DNA of 64,000 bases, taken from positions 22,280 to 86,279 of the forward strand of contig CAYFPJ010000003.1 of NCBI GenBank assembly GCA_964344965.1, given 5' to 3'. This stretch comes from an uncultured Gammaproteobacteria bacterium (GTDB lineage: Bacteria; Patescibacteriota; Patescibacteriia; Magasanikbacterales; UBA922). The notes below the pieces were generated by a model. It was given only the letters and a program-made list of their open reading frames with translations. It was not told the origin of the DNA and ran no database searches. Each line of letters starts with the position of its first letter. Positions within the stretch are counted from its first letter, which is position 1. Positions 26,530 through 36,579 of the stretch are shown piece after piece. Made by a program: the position numbers and the translations under genes.

Positions 26530-29500
26530 ATGAAAAAAAGATACTTTGAGAGGGTGAAAAAAGCGATTAGCAGCTTTCTGGTATTTTCGATGTTGCTTCT
26601 TACTGCTGGTCCAGCAGTAGTAAGTGCGGCCACTAGTTTGGTGACCTATACTTTGCCAGATGTGACAATCGATCTCAGTGAAGGTGATAGCGATGTCACT
26701 ATACCTCTGACTGTCGAAGGATTTGAAGATATTTTGGGCGGACAATTATCTATAAATTACGACAGCACAGTTTTGGATTTTTCAGAAAATACTGATGAAG
26801 CAGTGCTAGGCCTAACTATCACAGATGGTGATGGTGTCTTGACTTTGGTCTGGGGTGATTTGGTGAATTTGGAAACTTCCACTATCGTTGATGGTGGTGT
26901 ACTTACCAATCTCGTCTTTGATATTCTTGGTGAAGATGGTGATAGTACTGAATTGGGAATAGTAGATCCACTTGCTTCTGTCGCAACACAACCTTTTCCA
27001 GATGCTCCAGAAATAATTTTACCAAGTGCTATTGCTACTGCTTCTGTAGACGGATCAGTTGTTTTGGAAGATAGTACTCTTGGTGCAGATGATATAGAGC
27101 AAGTTTCTTTGACATTTACCAACTTGAATGACAACGACGAAATTGAGCTCGGCGACACTCTTCAGTTTACAATGCAGTTTATGGTAGAGGATGGGCAAGG
27201 AGGATTTGTATACATCCCTGCTGAATTGCCTTTTCCAGATGGGATCGGTCTTAAGCTAACAAATTTCACTGAAGGTGTGACCAAGGTGTTGGATATGTCT
27301 TCCTCTCTTACTTTGGATTCTGACGTGTTTTCATATCTACTTGGATTAGATGATGATGGCTCTGACCTTACAATTGGTGAATATCGTGTTAGTCTCACTG
27401 GTACCCAGTCTGGTAATTTTCTTGCAGGTACGTTTAATTTGATCATCGATGAACCCCCTTATCCAGTAAGTAGTTTTCCAGAAGATGGTTCAATTGATGT
27501 CTTGATTGATAGCGAGCTGTATATTGATTTTTCTGAAGCAGTTGACACTTCTACTGTAGATTCAGACTCAGTTCAATTGCGACCGTTCTCAGATACCAAT
27601 GGTGATGATAAGGTTTCTGTAAGTTTTGAGTTTGAAGAAGGTGATACTAGAGTTGTTTTGGGATTAGGCGAAGTTTTGGATTATGATACCCAATACTACT
27701 TTTTTGTCGGTAGTACTGTAGAAGATCTCAAAGGTAATAGTGTGGGGACAGAAAATGCTTGGTATGGGTCTGATAAAGAAGATCATGAGTTCACTACCAT
27801 AAGTGAGCCAGATGTGATTGCTCCTGTAGGCACTGTTAGTTATTCTACAGAAGACGCCACCAATGATGATGTGGTGGCTACACTTAGCCTAGATGACCCA
27901 GAAGCAATAGTGACCAATAACAATGGATTATTCACATACACATTCACAGAAAACGGCTCCTTCACATTTGAGTTTGAAGACTTGGCTGGAAACAGTGCCA
28001 CTGCTGTTGCTGAAGTCAATAATATTGATAAAGTTGCTCCAGTTATTACTTTGAACGGGGAATCTGAGATCACTCTTGTTTTGGGGGCTACATATGTAGA
28101 GGAGGGGGCCACAGCTGCGGATGATGTCTTTTTGGGAGAGATGGAGATAGACATTGGTGGTGATGTGGTTGATACAGACATAATTGGAACTTATATTGTT
28201 ACATACAATACTTCTGATAATGCAGGAAATAATGCTGAAGAAGTGACTAGAACAGTTAATGTGGTAGAAGCGTTTCCAATCGGAGACCTTGAGCTTCTTT
28301 CTCCTGATCAAGTTTATCCTGGAGAAGATGTGATTGTGCAGACAGCCTATGATTTTTCAGGACAGGGTAATTATACCGTTTTCGATGACGGATCGTTCAT
28401 TGTGAAGGTGTTTGGTCAGGATGAATTTGGGGAGTATACCGAAGAGATATCAGCTGTTGTGTCTAACTATAGTAATCCCATAAATTTTGATTTTATAGGA
28501 AAACAATTTGTCGTTTCTGAAGATCTCTTTGATCCTGGAATGTACAAAGTATCTCTTATCAAAATCGATGGTCAAGTAGAAAACGACGCTGTATATTTTG
28601 AAGTTTTAGAACCACTCCCAATTGGTGAACTAGAGCTCTTGTCTTCTGCAGAGGTATTTTATGGTGAAGATATCGAACTTCTTACTTCTTATGATTTCAC
28701 AGAACAAGGAAATTATTCACCTGCTCATGACGGATCTTTCACTATTGAGGTATTCGGTCAAGATGAATTTGATGAGTACACAGAAGAGGTATTGATTGAT
28801 ATTTTTGTAAATGGTGGTCCAGGAGAAAGAGCGTTTACTGTTACTGAAGACCTCTTCGACCCTGGCATGTACAAAGTTTCTTTGGTTCAGAATGTTACTA
28901 ACATAGAAAACGACTCTGTATATTTTGAAGTTTTGGAGCCACTGCCTATCGGTGATTTGGAAATGCTATCTCCTGCCGAGTTGGAATATGGTGAAGACGT
29001 CGAACTTCTTACTTCTTATGACTTTGCTCAGCAAGGAAATTATTCACCTTCCCACGATGGCTCGTTTACCCTCAAGGTATTCGGTCAAGATGGTACTGGT
29101 GAATACACAGAAGAAGTGTCGGTTGATATATTCATAAATGGTGGTGCGGGAGAAAAAGGATTTACAGTAACAGAAGATCTATTTGATCCTGGTATGTACA
29201 AAGTTTCTCTTATTCAAATCAGTGGTCAGGTAGAAAATGATGCTGTGTATTTTGAAGTTGTTGACGACATTGCTCCTATTGGAACTATTACTTACTCTAC
29301 TACTGAGCTTACCAATCAAGATGTGGTAGCAACTCTTAGTGCAAATGAAGATATTATTATCACAAACAATGAGGGTTCGGATACATACACATTCACAGAA
29401 AATGATAATTTTGTATTCAAATTTGAAGATCTAGCTGGAAACACTGCTACGGCAATTGCTGAGGTGAATAATATTGATAAAGTTGCCCCAGTAATTGTAT

Positions 29501-31179
29501 TTAGTGATGGTACTGGAAATGATGTTACTCTTGAAGCTGGAGTAGATAGTTTTGATCCAGAAACTCAGACAGATGCCACTGACGACGCTTCTGACGTAAG
29601 TGTGTCTGTCTCTGGTTCTGTAGACACAAATGTCCTCGGTGACTATGAGATAACATATACTGCAGAAGACGGAGCTGGAAATACAGCAACTCTTGTCCAG
29701 ACTGTTCATGTGGTTGATACTATAGATCCTGTTGTCACATTGAATGGAGATTCAGAAGTTACCATTACAACTGGTGATGACTATGAAGAATTGGGTGCTA
29801 CAGCGATAGATAGCTTTGAGGGCGATCTCGATGTGACAATTACTTTGCCAGACGATTTTGATACTGACACTGCAGGGGTTTATGAAATAACTTATAGTGC
29901 AGAAGATTCTACTGGTAATAGAACTCAGGTAGTCAGAACTGTAACTGTAGAAGATCCTGACACAGAGGCTCCTGTTATTACACTGAACGGTGAATCTTCT
30001 ATTACTCTGACTGTGGGAGATACTTATACAGAAGAAGGTGCCACAGCCGCTGATAACCGTGACACTGTAGAAGTGATAATTGGTGGTGATACTGTCGATA
30101 CTTCCACTGTCGGTGTCTACATTGTGACTTACAATGCAACTGACGAATCTGGTAATGTAGCTGACGAAGTTACCAGGACAGTAACTGTAGAAGCCGCTCC
30201 AACTCCAGTTTCATCTGGCGGTGGGGGAGGTGGAGGTGGTCCTATTACCAAAGCTTATAAGCCGGCTGATTTAGGGATTGATTTTCTAGAAGATACTCTT
30301 GATTTGGAAGCTGATAATGTAGAGTTACAACTCTCAGCAGACAGCAAAGCTAGCCAAATGGCTATCAGTGAAAATGAAAATTTCAGTGGTGTAATCTGGC
30401 AAGATTTCTCAGAGTCATTGACTTGGGATTTGGAAGACGGAGTGAGTGGTGATGTGACAGTATATGCCAAGTTCAGAACTGGTAAAGGGGAAGTAAGCAG
30501 TGTTGTTTCAGATACTATTACAATCAATCCATTCGTACCACAAGTTTTGGGTGAGAAGATTACTGATTGTCCTCTAGACATTGGTAGTGCTTACAAGCAT
30601 CCTGGACATAGTGGTGTCTGGTTTATTACCACCGATGAATTTGATGCAGAGAATACCAGCTGTGCTCGCCGAGCTTTCAAGAATGCAGATATTTATGATT
30701 CATATGGCTTGGTGCGTTGGAGTGATGTCAATGTGGTCTCTCAATCAGAATTGGAAGAAGTCGTAGAGCACACCATTCCATTCATCGAATGGGGGACTGA
30801 ACGTACTTATCTTCACGGAGATTTGGTGAAGACTCCAAGTGATAGTAAGGTCTATATGCTTCTAGATGGTAAGAAGCATCCAATATCCTCTGGAGAAGTG
30901 TTCAAGGATCTTGGTCTAGAGTGGAGCTCTATCGTCGATGTATCCAGTGATGTTCTTGTGAGTTATCCTACAGGATCAGAGATCGATGGTATTGGTTCTC
31001 TGCCAGAAGGAACACTTTTCATGTACGAAGGTGCTCCAGAAGTATATAAGCTAGAAGATGGTAAGCAAAGAAAGATAAAGGATACTACAGCATTCAAAGC
31101 AAATGGATTTAGCTGGGCTGGTGTAGTAGTTCTCCCTGCTGATCATACACCATTTACAACTGGTGAAGAGATTCAGTAA
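26530..31179 (+). CDS. very large secreted surface protein (1549 aa) with DUF5011/Ig-like domains and three internal ~110-aa tandem repeats
   Basis: Signal peptide. Repeated TLNGxSxxTxxxGxxYxExGATAxD blocks (DUF5011-like). Poly-Gly linker. Confidence 0.65.
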   Translation: MKKRYFERVKKAISSFLVFSMLLLTAGPAVVSAATSLVTYTLPDVTIDLSEGDSDVTIPLTVEGFEDILGGQLSINYDSTVLDFSENTDEAVLGLTITDGDGVLTLVWGDLVNLETSTIVDGGVLTNLVFDILGEDGDSTELGIVDPLASVATQPFPDAPEIILPSAIATASVDGSVVLEDSTLGADDIEQVSLTFTNLNDNDEIELGDTLQFTMQFMVEDGQGGFVYIPAELPFPDGIGLKLTNFTEGVTKVLDMSSSLTLDSDVFSYLLGLDDDGSDLTIGEYRVSLTGTQSGNFLAGTFNLIIDEPPYPVSSFPEDGSIDVLIDSELYIDFSEAVDTSTVDSDSVQLRPFSDTNGDDKVSVSFEFEEGDTRVVLGLGEVLDYDTQYYFFVGSTVEDLKGNSVGTENAWYGSDKEDHEFTTISEPDVIAPVGTVSYSTEDATNDDVVATLSLDDPEAIVTNNNGLFTYTFTENGSFTFEFEDLAGNSATAVAEVNNIDKVAPVITLNGESEITLVLGATYVEEGATAADDVFLGEMEIDIGGDVVDTDIIGTYIVTYNTSDNAGNNAEEVTRTVNVVEAFPIGDLELLSPDQVYPGEDVIVQTAYDFSGQGNYTVFDDGSFIVKVFGQDEFGEYTEEISAVVSNYSNPINFDFIGKQFVVSEDLFDPGMYKVSLIKIDGQVENDAVYFEVLEPLPIGELELLSSAEVFYGEDIELLTSYDFTEQGNYSPAHDGSFTIEVFGQDEFDEYTEEVLIDIFVNGGPGERAFTVTEDLFDPGMYKVSLVQNVTNIENDSVYFEVLEPLPIGDLEMLSPAELEYGEDVELLTSYDFAQQGNYSPSHDGSFTLKVFGQDGTGEYTEEVSVDIFINGGAGEKGFTVTEDLFDPGMYKVSLIQISGQVENDAVYFEVVDDIAPIGTITYSTTELTNQDVVATLSANEDIIITNNEGSDTYTFTENDNFVFKFEDLAGNTATAIAEVNNIDKVAPVIVFSDGTGNDVTLEAGVDSFDPETQTDATDDASDVSVSVSGSVDTNVLGDYEITYTAEDGAGNTATLVQTVHVVDTIDPVVTLNGDSEVTITTGDDYEELGATAIDSFEGDLDVTITLPDDFDTDTAGVYEITYSAEDSTGNRTQVVRTVTVEDPDTEAPVITLNGESSITLTVGDTYTEEGATAADNRDTVEVIIGGDTVDTSTVGVYIVTYNATDESGNVADEVTRTVTVEAAPTPVSSGGGGGGGGPITKAYKPADLGIDFLEDTLDLEADNVELQLSADSKASQMAISENENFSGVIWQDFSESLTWDLEDGVSGDVTVYAKFRTGKGEVSSVVSDTITINPFVPQVLGEKITDCPLDIGSAYKHPGHSGVWFITTDEFDAENTSCARRAFKNADIYDSYGLVRWSDVNVVSQSELEEVVEHTIPFIEWGTERTYLHGDLVKTPSDSKVYMLLDGKKHPISSGEVFKDLGLEWSSIVDVSSDVLVSYPTGSEIDGIGSLPEGTLFMYEGAPEVYKLEDGKQRKIKDTTAFKANGFSWAGVVVLPADHTPFTTGEEIQ
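28270..29262 (+). repeat. three tandem ~325-bp intragenic repeats (units beginning PIGxLExLSx...)
   Basis: Units 28270-28610, 28611-28939 and 28940-29262 are ~75-85% identical at the protein level. Confidence 0.7.
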
Positions 31180-31203
31180 ACAAGTCTTCATTTTATCCTA
31201 AAC

Positions 31204-31228
31204 AAAAGCCAGCATTAGCTGGCTTTTG
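31204..31228 (+). terminator. intrinsic terminator (AAGCCAGC-atta-GCTGGCTT plus T-run)
   Basis: Seen directly. Confidence 0.65.
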
Positions 31229-31278
31229 GGGGATAAAAATGATATTATGTTAGTTACAGATTACTAGTTACCAATAAT

Positions 31279-32652
31279 ATGCGTAAACATCTTCACAATT
31301 TTTTCATACCACATGAGGGTAATGATTATCATCCGCATATTTTGCATACCAAGCGTGCTTTCTTTTATAGCACTGCTTTTTTGATTACAAAAATTATTGT
31401 GGTAGGTTTTGCTCTCTTGTTGCCAGCTCAAGTTTTTGTCATTCCAGATGTACTACAGCAGCAGCAATCTGAGATTGTTGCTCTTACCAACCAGGTTCGT
31501 GAGAGTAGAGGAGTGCAAGTGCTAGAACAAGAAGGAAAATTATTTACCTCCTCCCAACATAAGGCTGATGATATGGGTCTGCATAGTTACTTCAGCCACA
31601 CTAGTCCCAATGGAGAAAAGTTGGCTGATTTTCTTATAAAATCTGGATATGATTATGAGGCTGCTGGTGAGAATTTGGCTGTCGGATTTAGTAGTGCCGA
31701 GGAGCTCATCGATGCCTGGATAGCCAGTCCTACACATTACAATAATTTGATAGATACTGATTTTCAGGAATTTGGAGTTGGTCTTACTGCTGGTAGCTAC
31801 GAAGGGCATCCAGTTGTGTATGTGGCCAGTCACTTCGGTAGTCCAAAATCTTTGCCTGAGGTGGAAGTTGCTGCTGAAATTATACCAGAGCCTGTAGAGG
31901 ATGTTCCTTCAGTTGATCTTGAGCCAGGGGTGGTAGAAGAAATAGTTGAACAGCCTGTAGAAACAATACCAGATCCGGTAGAGCTACCTTTGGCAACAGA
32001 AGAGATTGTAGAAGTGGTAGAAAAAGTGGAAGAATCAGAGTTGGTAGAAGATTTGGAAAATACCGAAGATGTTAGCCCATTTTTGACCAGTGTTATAAGT
32101 CAGCCAAAAGAGGAGGAGCAAGAGGTGGAATATCAACCGATAGAGTATGATGAAAGAGAGTCTTACTTGCTTTGGAGAGATGTGGGTGAGTCTGTTGAAG
32201 TGAGAGCAGTGGCTTACTTGCTTGGTGATGTCACCAGCGCCGGAGTGAAAGTGGCTGGTGAAACTATAGAATTGTCTCCGGATGAGAGTTATGGTGTCTA
32301 TACTGGTTCTGTGCTCGTAGGACAATCTTCTGACGAATTGTTTAGAGTGGTGTTGACACCGCAGGTTGATGTTCTTGGGGAAGATGGTAGTGTCTTGCAA
32401 GAAGATATAAGATGGCAAGAACCTAAGATCGTCAGTCCAACACCAGTAGAAAAATATACTCAGTCCAAGAAATTTCTTGGCTCCATCACATCTATTTTTG
32501 ATATCTCTAGAGACATATATCTCTTCTTTGCCATGTTCTTTGCTATAGTGCTGTTCATGAATGTGTTGATTGAATTTAAGAAACAGCACCATCACGTCAC
32601 AGTCCAAACTTGCGGGATGATCTTACTTCTTATTTCTTTGTGGATGGTTTAG
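31279..32652 (+). CDS. CAP/SCP (YkwD-like) domain protein with N- and C-terminal TM segments and an acidic linker
   Basis: HTSPNGEKLADFL...GENLAVGF...AWIASPTHYNNLIDTDFQEFGVGL are the CAP-domain motifs. Confidence 0.6.
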   Translation: MRKHLHNFFIPHEGNDYHPHILHTKRAFFYSTAFLITKIIVVGFALLLPAQVFVIPDVLQQQQSEIVALTNQVRESRGVQVLEQEGKLFTSSQHKADDMGLHSYFSHTSPNGEKLADFLIKSGYDYEAAGENLAVGFSSAEELIDAWIASPTHYNNLIDTDFQEFGVGLTAGSYEGHPVVYVASHFGSPKSLPEVEVAAEIIPEPVEDVPSVDLEPGVVEEIVEQPVETIPDPVELPLATEEIVEVVEKVEESELVEDLENTEDVSPFLTSVISQPKEEEQEVEYQPIEYDERESYLLWRDVGESVEVRAVAYLLGDVTSAGVKVAGETIELSPDESYGVYTGSVLVGQSSDELFRVVLTPQVDVLGEDGSVLQEDIRWQEPKIVSPTPVEKYTQSKKFLGSITSIFDISRDIYLFFAMFFAIVLFMNVLIEFKKQHHHVTVQTCGMILLLISLWMV

Positions 32653-32696
32653 CTGGGCGACTGACTACTGTCGACAGACTACAGTCTTTGTAAAAT

Positions 32697-32736
32697 AATA
32701 GCCCCAAGTTCTATTAGGAATTTGGGGTTTTTTTTG
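32697..32736 (+). terminator. intrinsic terminator (CCCCAAGTTC..GAATTTGGGG plus T-run)
   Basis: Seen directly. Confidence 0.6.
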
Positions 32737-32744
32737 TTATGATA

Positions 32745-32885
32745 TATACAATCCGTATCTAATCCGACCTCGTTCCTCGGTACGGGACGAGGGGTTGGTT
32801 TAACCTGCCTGCCGGCAGGCAGGTTCTCCGAGGCTCGCCTAGGAAAAATGGGTCCAGGGCTTGCCCTGAGGTTCATACCTTTGAT
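32745..32885 (+). other. GC-rich multi-hairpin element in the 5' region of the amino-acid permease gene (candidate structured leader/ncRNA, or another GC-hairpin repeat cluster)
   Basis: Hairpins CCTCG..CGAGG, AACCTGCCTGC-cgg-CAGGCAGGTT and CAGGGC-ttg-CCCTG. Far higher GC than the surroundings. Confidence 0.25.
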
Positions 32886-32926
32886 TAGCCAGGTATATAA
32901 AAACCTATAACCTAATACCTAAAAAT

Positions 32927-34105
32927 ATGTCTAGTAAAAAACACGATGCTCCACTAGAGCAGCACCACGGTATCTTCCGTCGCCAGTTATCTATGTGGGA
33001 GTCTGTCGCACTCATTGTCAGCGGTACGATTGGGGCTGGAGTACTTGGAATTCCTTATGCTGTTGCTAAGGTGGGAGTGAAGATCGGCCTCTTGTATATT
33101 GTAGTGCTCGGTGCTCTTATGATTGGCCTCAATTTGTTTTTGGGTGAGGTTACTATTCGCACCAAACAAAAACTCCAATTATCTGGATTGGCCAAAAAGT
33201 ATCTTGGTACTGCTGGAGAATATCTGATGACAACAATTTTTTATTTGAGCGTCATTGGGACCATGGTGGTATATATTATCGGAGGAGGACATTCTCTTGA
33301 GGCTCTTTTTGGCGGCTCCAACGTGATGTGGAGTGTTGTATTTTTTGCTATTGGCACTTTACTTATTGCCATCGGGATGAGGACTGTGAAGACTGTAGAA
33401 TTGTTTTTGACGATGGCTTTGCTTTTTGTTGTCTTGCTGATAGCTGCTTGGAGTACGCCACATATCTCTACCGCCCATCTCGAAGTTTATGATATGGCTT
33501 ATTTGTTTTTTCCTTATGGAGTAATCCTGTTTGCTTTCTCAGGTGCCACGGCCATACCTGAAGCTCACACTCTTCTTGCCAATAAGGAGTTATCTTTCAA
33601 AAAAGCAATTATAATTTCTGGTGTTATTAGTATTTTTGTTTACGCCCTCTTTGCGGTGATGGTAGTGGGAGTGACTGGGTGGGGGACGACAGAGATAGCC
33701 ACTATTGGGCTTGGTCAGTCTGTCGGTCCGATGATGACTGTATTTGGCAATATCTTTGCTATTCTCGCTATGGGGACTAGCTATTTGCTTGTCGGACTGT
33801 CTCTTCGTGATTCGATGACTTGGGACTTCAAGGTACCTCGTCATTTATCGACATTTTTGATATCTGCCATCCCATTTACTATTTTTATTTTGGGAATCAG
33901 GCAGTTTATCACAGCGATAGATTTTGTAGGAGGAGTATTTGTCAGTCTACAGATGCTTCTTATCATTCTTATTTACTGGCGAGCTAAGCATGTTGGTGAT
34001 GTCAAGCCAAGTAAGTACCAGTTGCATCATGTTTGGTTTTTGATCGGACTTTTGGTGTTGGCTTTCAGTATTGGGGCGATGCATAGTGTGTGGAAGTTGT
34101 TTTGA
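32927..34105 (+). CDS. APC-superfamily amino-acid permease (aromatic amino acid/Trp-Tyr permease-like)
   Basis: 11-12 TM segments. N-terminal SMWESVALIVSGTIGAGVLGIPYAVA is typical of this family. Confidence 0.65.
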   Translation: MSSKKHDAPLEQHHGIFRRQLSMWESVALIVSGTIGAGVLGIPYAVAKVGVKIGLLYIVVLGALMIGLNLFLGEVTIRTKQKLQLSGLAKKYLGTAGEYLMTTIFYLSVIGTMVVYIIGGGHSLEALFGGSNVMWSVVFFAIGTLLIAIGMRTVKTVELFLTMALLFVVLLIAAWSTPHISTAHLEVYDMAYLFFPYGVILFAFSGATAIPEAHTLLANKELSFKKAIIISGVISIFVYALFAVMVVGVTGWGTTEIATIGLGQSVGPMMTVFGNIFAILAMGTSYLLVGLSLRDSMTWDFKVPRHLSTFLISAIPFTIFILGIRQFITAIDFVGGVFVSLQMLLIILIYWRAKHVGDVKPSKYQLHHVWFLIGLLVLAFSIGAMHSVWKLF

Positions 34106-34140
34106 GTAATGCTTAGTAATGCTAATGACACGAATATTGT

Positions 34141-34722
34141 TTGGATAACACGAATATCTTTATGGATGAGATAATCAATAAGGCAAGAAAACTAGCTCTA
34201 CGAGAGTCAAAGGAAGGAGTGAGACCATTGTTTGGGATCGCAAATAAATTTGGACAAAAATTGGCAGAACAATTTGGTGCAGACAAAGACATTGTCATGC
34301 TAGGGACACTGTTTATGGATATCAAGCGTAAACAAGCCCAAGAAGAAGGTAGGATAGACGAACATATCCAAATGGGATTGGAGGTAGCACATGAATTTTT
34401 TGGACCATTGCAAGAAATTTCTAAAGAAGGAAAAGAAAAAATTTATAATTGTATAGCAGCACATCATGGAGATATTCCTTTCACCTGTCTTGAAGCTGAG
34501 GTTTGTGCTAATGCTGATTGCTACAAATTTTTACATCCCAAGGGGATTTTTATTTTTTTAAGAATTTTGACTGAAAGAGGAAAAAGTCTAGAAGAATCTC
34601 TAAACTATCTTGAAGAGAAGATGGATGAGAAGTGGAAGACGTTGTCTCTAGATGCTTGTAAAGAAGAGTTGTCAGGATATTATCACGATTTTAAAAGGTA
34701 TATAGCTTTGGCGAAAAATTAG
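34141..34722 (+). CDS. HD-domain-like protein (putative, possibly degenerate metal site)
   Basis: A weak HD-like arrangement (LGTLFMDIKR, AHEFF, IAAHHGD). Low confidence. Confidence 0.25.
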   Translation: MDNTNIFMDEIINKARKLALRESKEGVRPLFGIANKFGQKLAEQFGADKDIVMLGTLFMDIKRKQAQEEGRIDEHIQMGLEVAHEFFGPLQEISKEGKEKIYNCIAAHHGDIPFTCLEAEVCANADCYKFLHPKGIFIFLRILTERGKSLEESLNYLEEKMDEKWKTLSLDACKEELSGYYHDFKRYIALAKN

Positions 34723-34809
34723 GATTCCTTCCGAGAGGCGAGCTACCACAGATTTTGCTACCAAATTTCTACTGTACTGCCTTTCGGCAGTAATCCTTTG
34801 AAAGAAAAT

Positions 34810-34837
34810 AAAAACCCAGCCACTCGGCTGGATTTTT
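34810..34837. terminator. bidirectional terminator aaaacccAGCCactcGGCTggattttt (copy 1)
   Basis: An identical 27-nt sequence recurs at 35079-35107. Confidence 0.6.
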
Positions 34838-35078
34838 GTATTTCTCTGCAAGGAAATAAAGTGTGTTAGTAAGTTCTCTCTCCTTTTGGGAGAGAGGCAG
34901 ATAGAGGTCTTTGTCGTCTCTGTAAGTTTTATTTACAATTTCTTGATAAGTTCTGTTCTTAAAGTGCGAGACCTCAACCTGTCCTTCTCCTACGAGGAGA
35001 AGGAACGTGCTATGTTATTTTTCACTATGCTTTATTCTGCATGCTACAATATTTTCATAAGTAATCTGGTGGGAATAA

Positions 35079-35107
35079 CAAAACCCAGCCACTCGGCTGG
35101 ATTTTTT
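35079..35107. terminator. bidirectional terminator, identical copy 2 (serves clpP on the minus strand)
   Basis: Seen directly. Confidence 0.6.
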
Positions 35108-35165
35108 TAATCATAATTCTTTATTCCTGATTCATTATTCTACATTCCAAATTCTACATTCAAAA

Positions 35166-35759
35166 TCACTCAATCACCTTATCCACCAATCCATATTTCA
35201 CCGCCTCTTTGGCAGTCATGAAGTGATCACGATCAGCATCTTGTTCCACTTTTTCAACACTCTGACCACTGTGTTTTGCAAGAATGGTATTCAATCTTTT
35301 TTTCATTTTGACAATTCTTTCGGCATGGATCTGAATATCACTAGCTTGACCCTGAGTGCCGCCCATCACTTGGTGGATCATCACCTCACTATTTGGTAGA
35401 CAAAATCTCTTGCCTTTTTCACCAGCAGCGAGGAGGACAGAGCCCATGCTAGCTGCCATGCCGACACAGATGGTCGAGACATGAGGCTTGATATATTGCA
35501 TGGTATCGTAGATAGCCATACCAGCAGTGACAGAACCTCCTGGAGAATTTATATAGAGCTTGATATCTTTGTCTGGGTCTTGGTTTTCGAGGAAGAGAAA
35601 CTGAGCAATGATGGTATTGGCCACACTGTCGTTTATGGCTGTGCCTAGGAAAATAATCCTGTCTTTCAAGAGACGAGAATAGATATCATAGGCTCGCTCA
35701 CCATGGGTAGATTTTTCGATTACAGTGGGGATGAGGTATTGGGAAGTTGGGGTTGTCAT
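35166..35759 (-). CDS. clpP: ATP-dependent Clp protease proteolytic subunit
   Basis: Catalytic Ser block GMAASMGS, His block MIHQ, and [12 protein letters not shown]. Confidence 0.9.
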   Translation of the reverse strand: MTTPTSQYLIPTVIEKSTHGERAYDIYSRLLKDRIIFLGTAINDSVANTIIAQFLFLENQDPDKDIKLYINSPGGSVTAGMAIYDTMQYIKPHVSTICVGMAASMGSVLLAAGEKGKRFCLPNSEVMIHQVMGGTQGQASDIQIHAERIVKMKKRLNTILAKHSGQSVEKVEQDADRDHFMTAKEAVKYGLVDKVIE

Positions 35760-36044
35760 AGTAATATTGTTAATTTATGAAGGGTATTTTAGCAGAAAAT
35801 ATGGGGTTTGTGAATAGGGAATAAATTGTTAAATGGTCAAATTGTTGTATTGCTGTATTGTTGGTTTATCTTTGGTAATTCTCTCAAAGAGGGCTGTTTT
35901 TTCTACTACTATTGACTAAGTGGTAGTTTTTATGTATACTTGGGGCGATTTATTTAGGAAATTGCTAAATAGTTATATTGTTGTAGGACTGTCATATTCT
36001 GAATAAAACAGTGTAACAATTTAACAATATAACAATTTTAAAAT

Positions 36045-36524
36045 ATGAACTTCGAAGGAATTTATGAAAAAACAATTGTCATCGTCAAACCAGATGGAGT
36101 CCAGCGTGGTTTGGTGGGGGAAGTTACTAAACGCCTAGAGACCAAGGGTCTCAAAGTGGTAGGCCTCAAGATGATGATCCTCAGTGAAGACAAACTTCGC
36201 GAACATTATGCTCATCATGTTGAAAAACCTTTTTATCCAGGACTAGAGAAATTTATGCGCTCTTGCCCAGTAGCAGTAATTTGCGTAGAGGGTAAAGGAG
36301 CAGTGGATGCAGTTCGTCTGGTTGCTGGCGTTACTCATGCTGGTCAAGCAGACGGTGGTACGATCCGTGGTGATCTGGCTATGGGAATGTGTAATGTTGT
36401 GCATTGCTCTGATTCAGTAGACTCTGCCAAAGCTGAGGTAGCTAGATTTTTTGAAGAATCAGAAATCTTTGACTACGATAAGACTGACTACTTGCATGTG
36501 TATATGGATGATGAGAGGGAATAA
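36045..36524 (+). CDS. ndk: nucleoside diphosphate kinase
   Basis: TIVIVKPDGVQRGLVGEV, active-site His block NVVHCSDS. ~150 aa. Confidence 0.9.
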   Translation: MNFEGIYEKTIVIVKPDGVQRGLVGEVTKRLETKGLKVVGLKMMILSEDKLREHYAHHVEKPFYPGLEKFMRSCPVAVICVEGKGAVDAVRLVAGVTHAGQADGGTIRGDLAMGMCNVVHCSDSVDSAKAEVARFFEESEIFDYDKTDYLHVYMDDERE

Positions 36525-36541
36525 AATTTACCAATGATACT

Positions 36542-36572
36542 AAAAACTCCTGCTGATTGTGGGAGTTTTTTT
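36542..36572 (+). terminator. terminator ACTCC-tgctgattgtg-GGAGT plus T-run; a near-identical copy lies at 37856-37887
   Basis: Seen directly. Confidence 0.55.
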
Positions 36573-36579
36573 ACTACCA

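Noticed and set aside
26757-28311. Antisense ORFs inside the large surface-protein genes (e.g. 26757-27158 -, 27840-28181 -, 43236-43514 -)
   Set aside because: They are embedded opposite long, clearly coding frames. Ser/Thr-rich translations are typical of the reverse strand of Asp/Glu/Thr-rich genes.
23926-31179. Diversity-generating retroelement targeting the large surface proteins
   Set aside because: No reverse transcriptase gene and no template/variable repeat pair with adenine-specific mismatches is detectable in the window.
34886-35110. 74-aa ORF between the duplicated terminators
   Set aside because: No RBS. It lies between two terminators on the opposite side from any promoter. 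Low-complexity translation. Probably non-coding.
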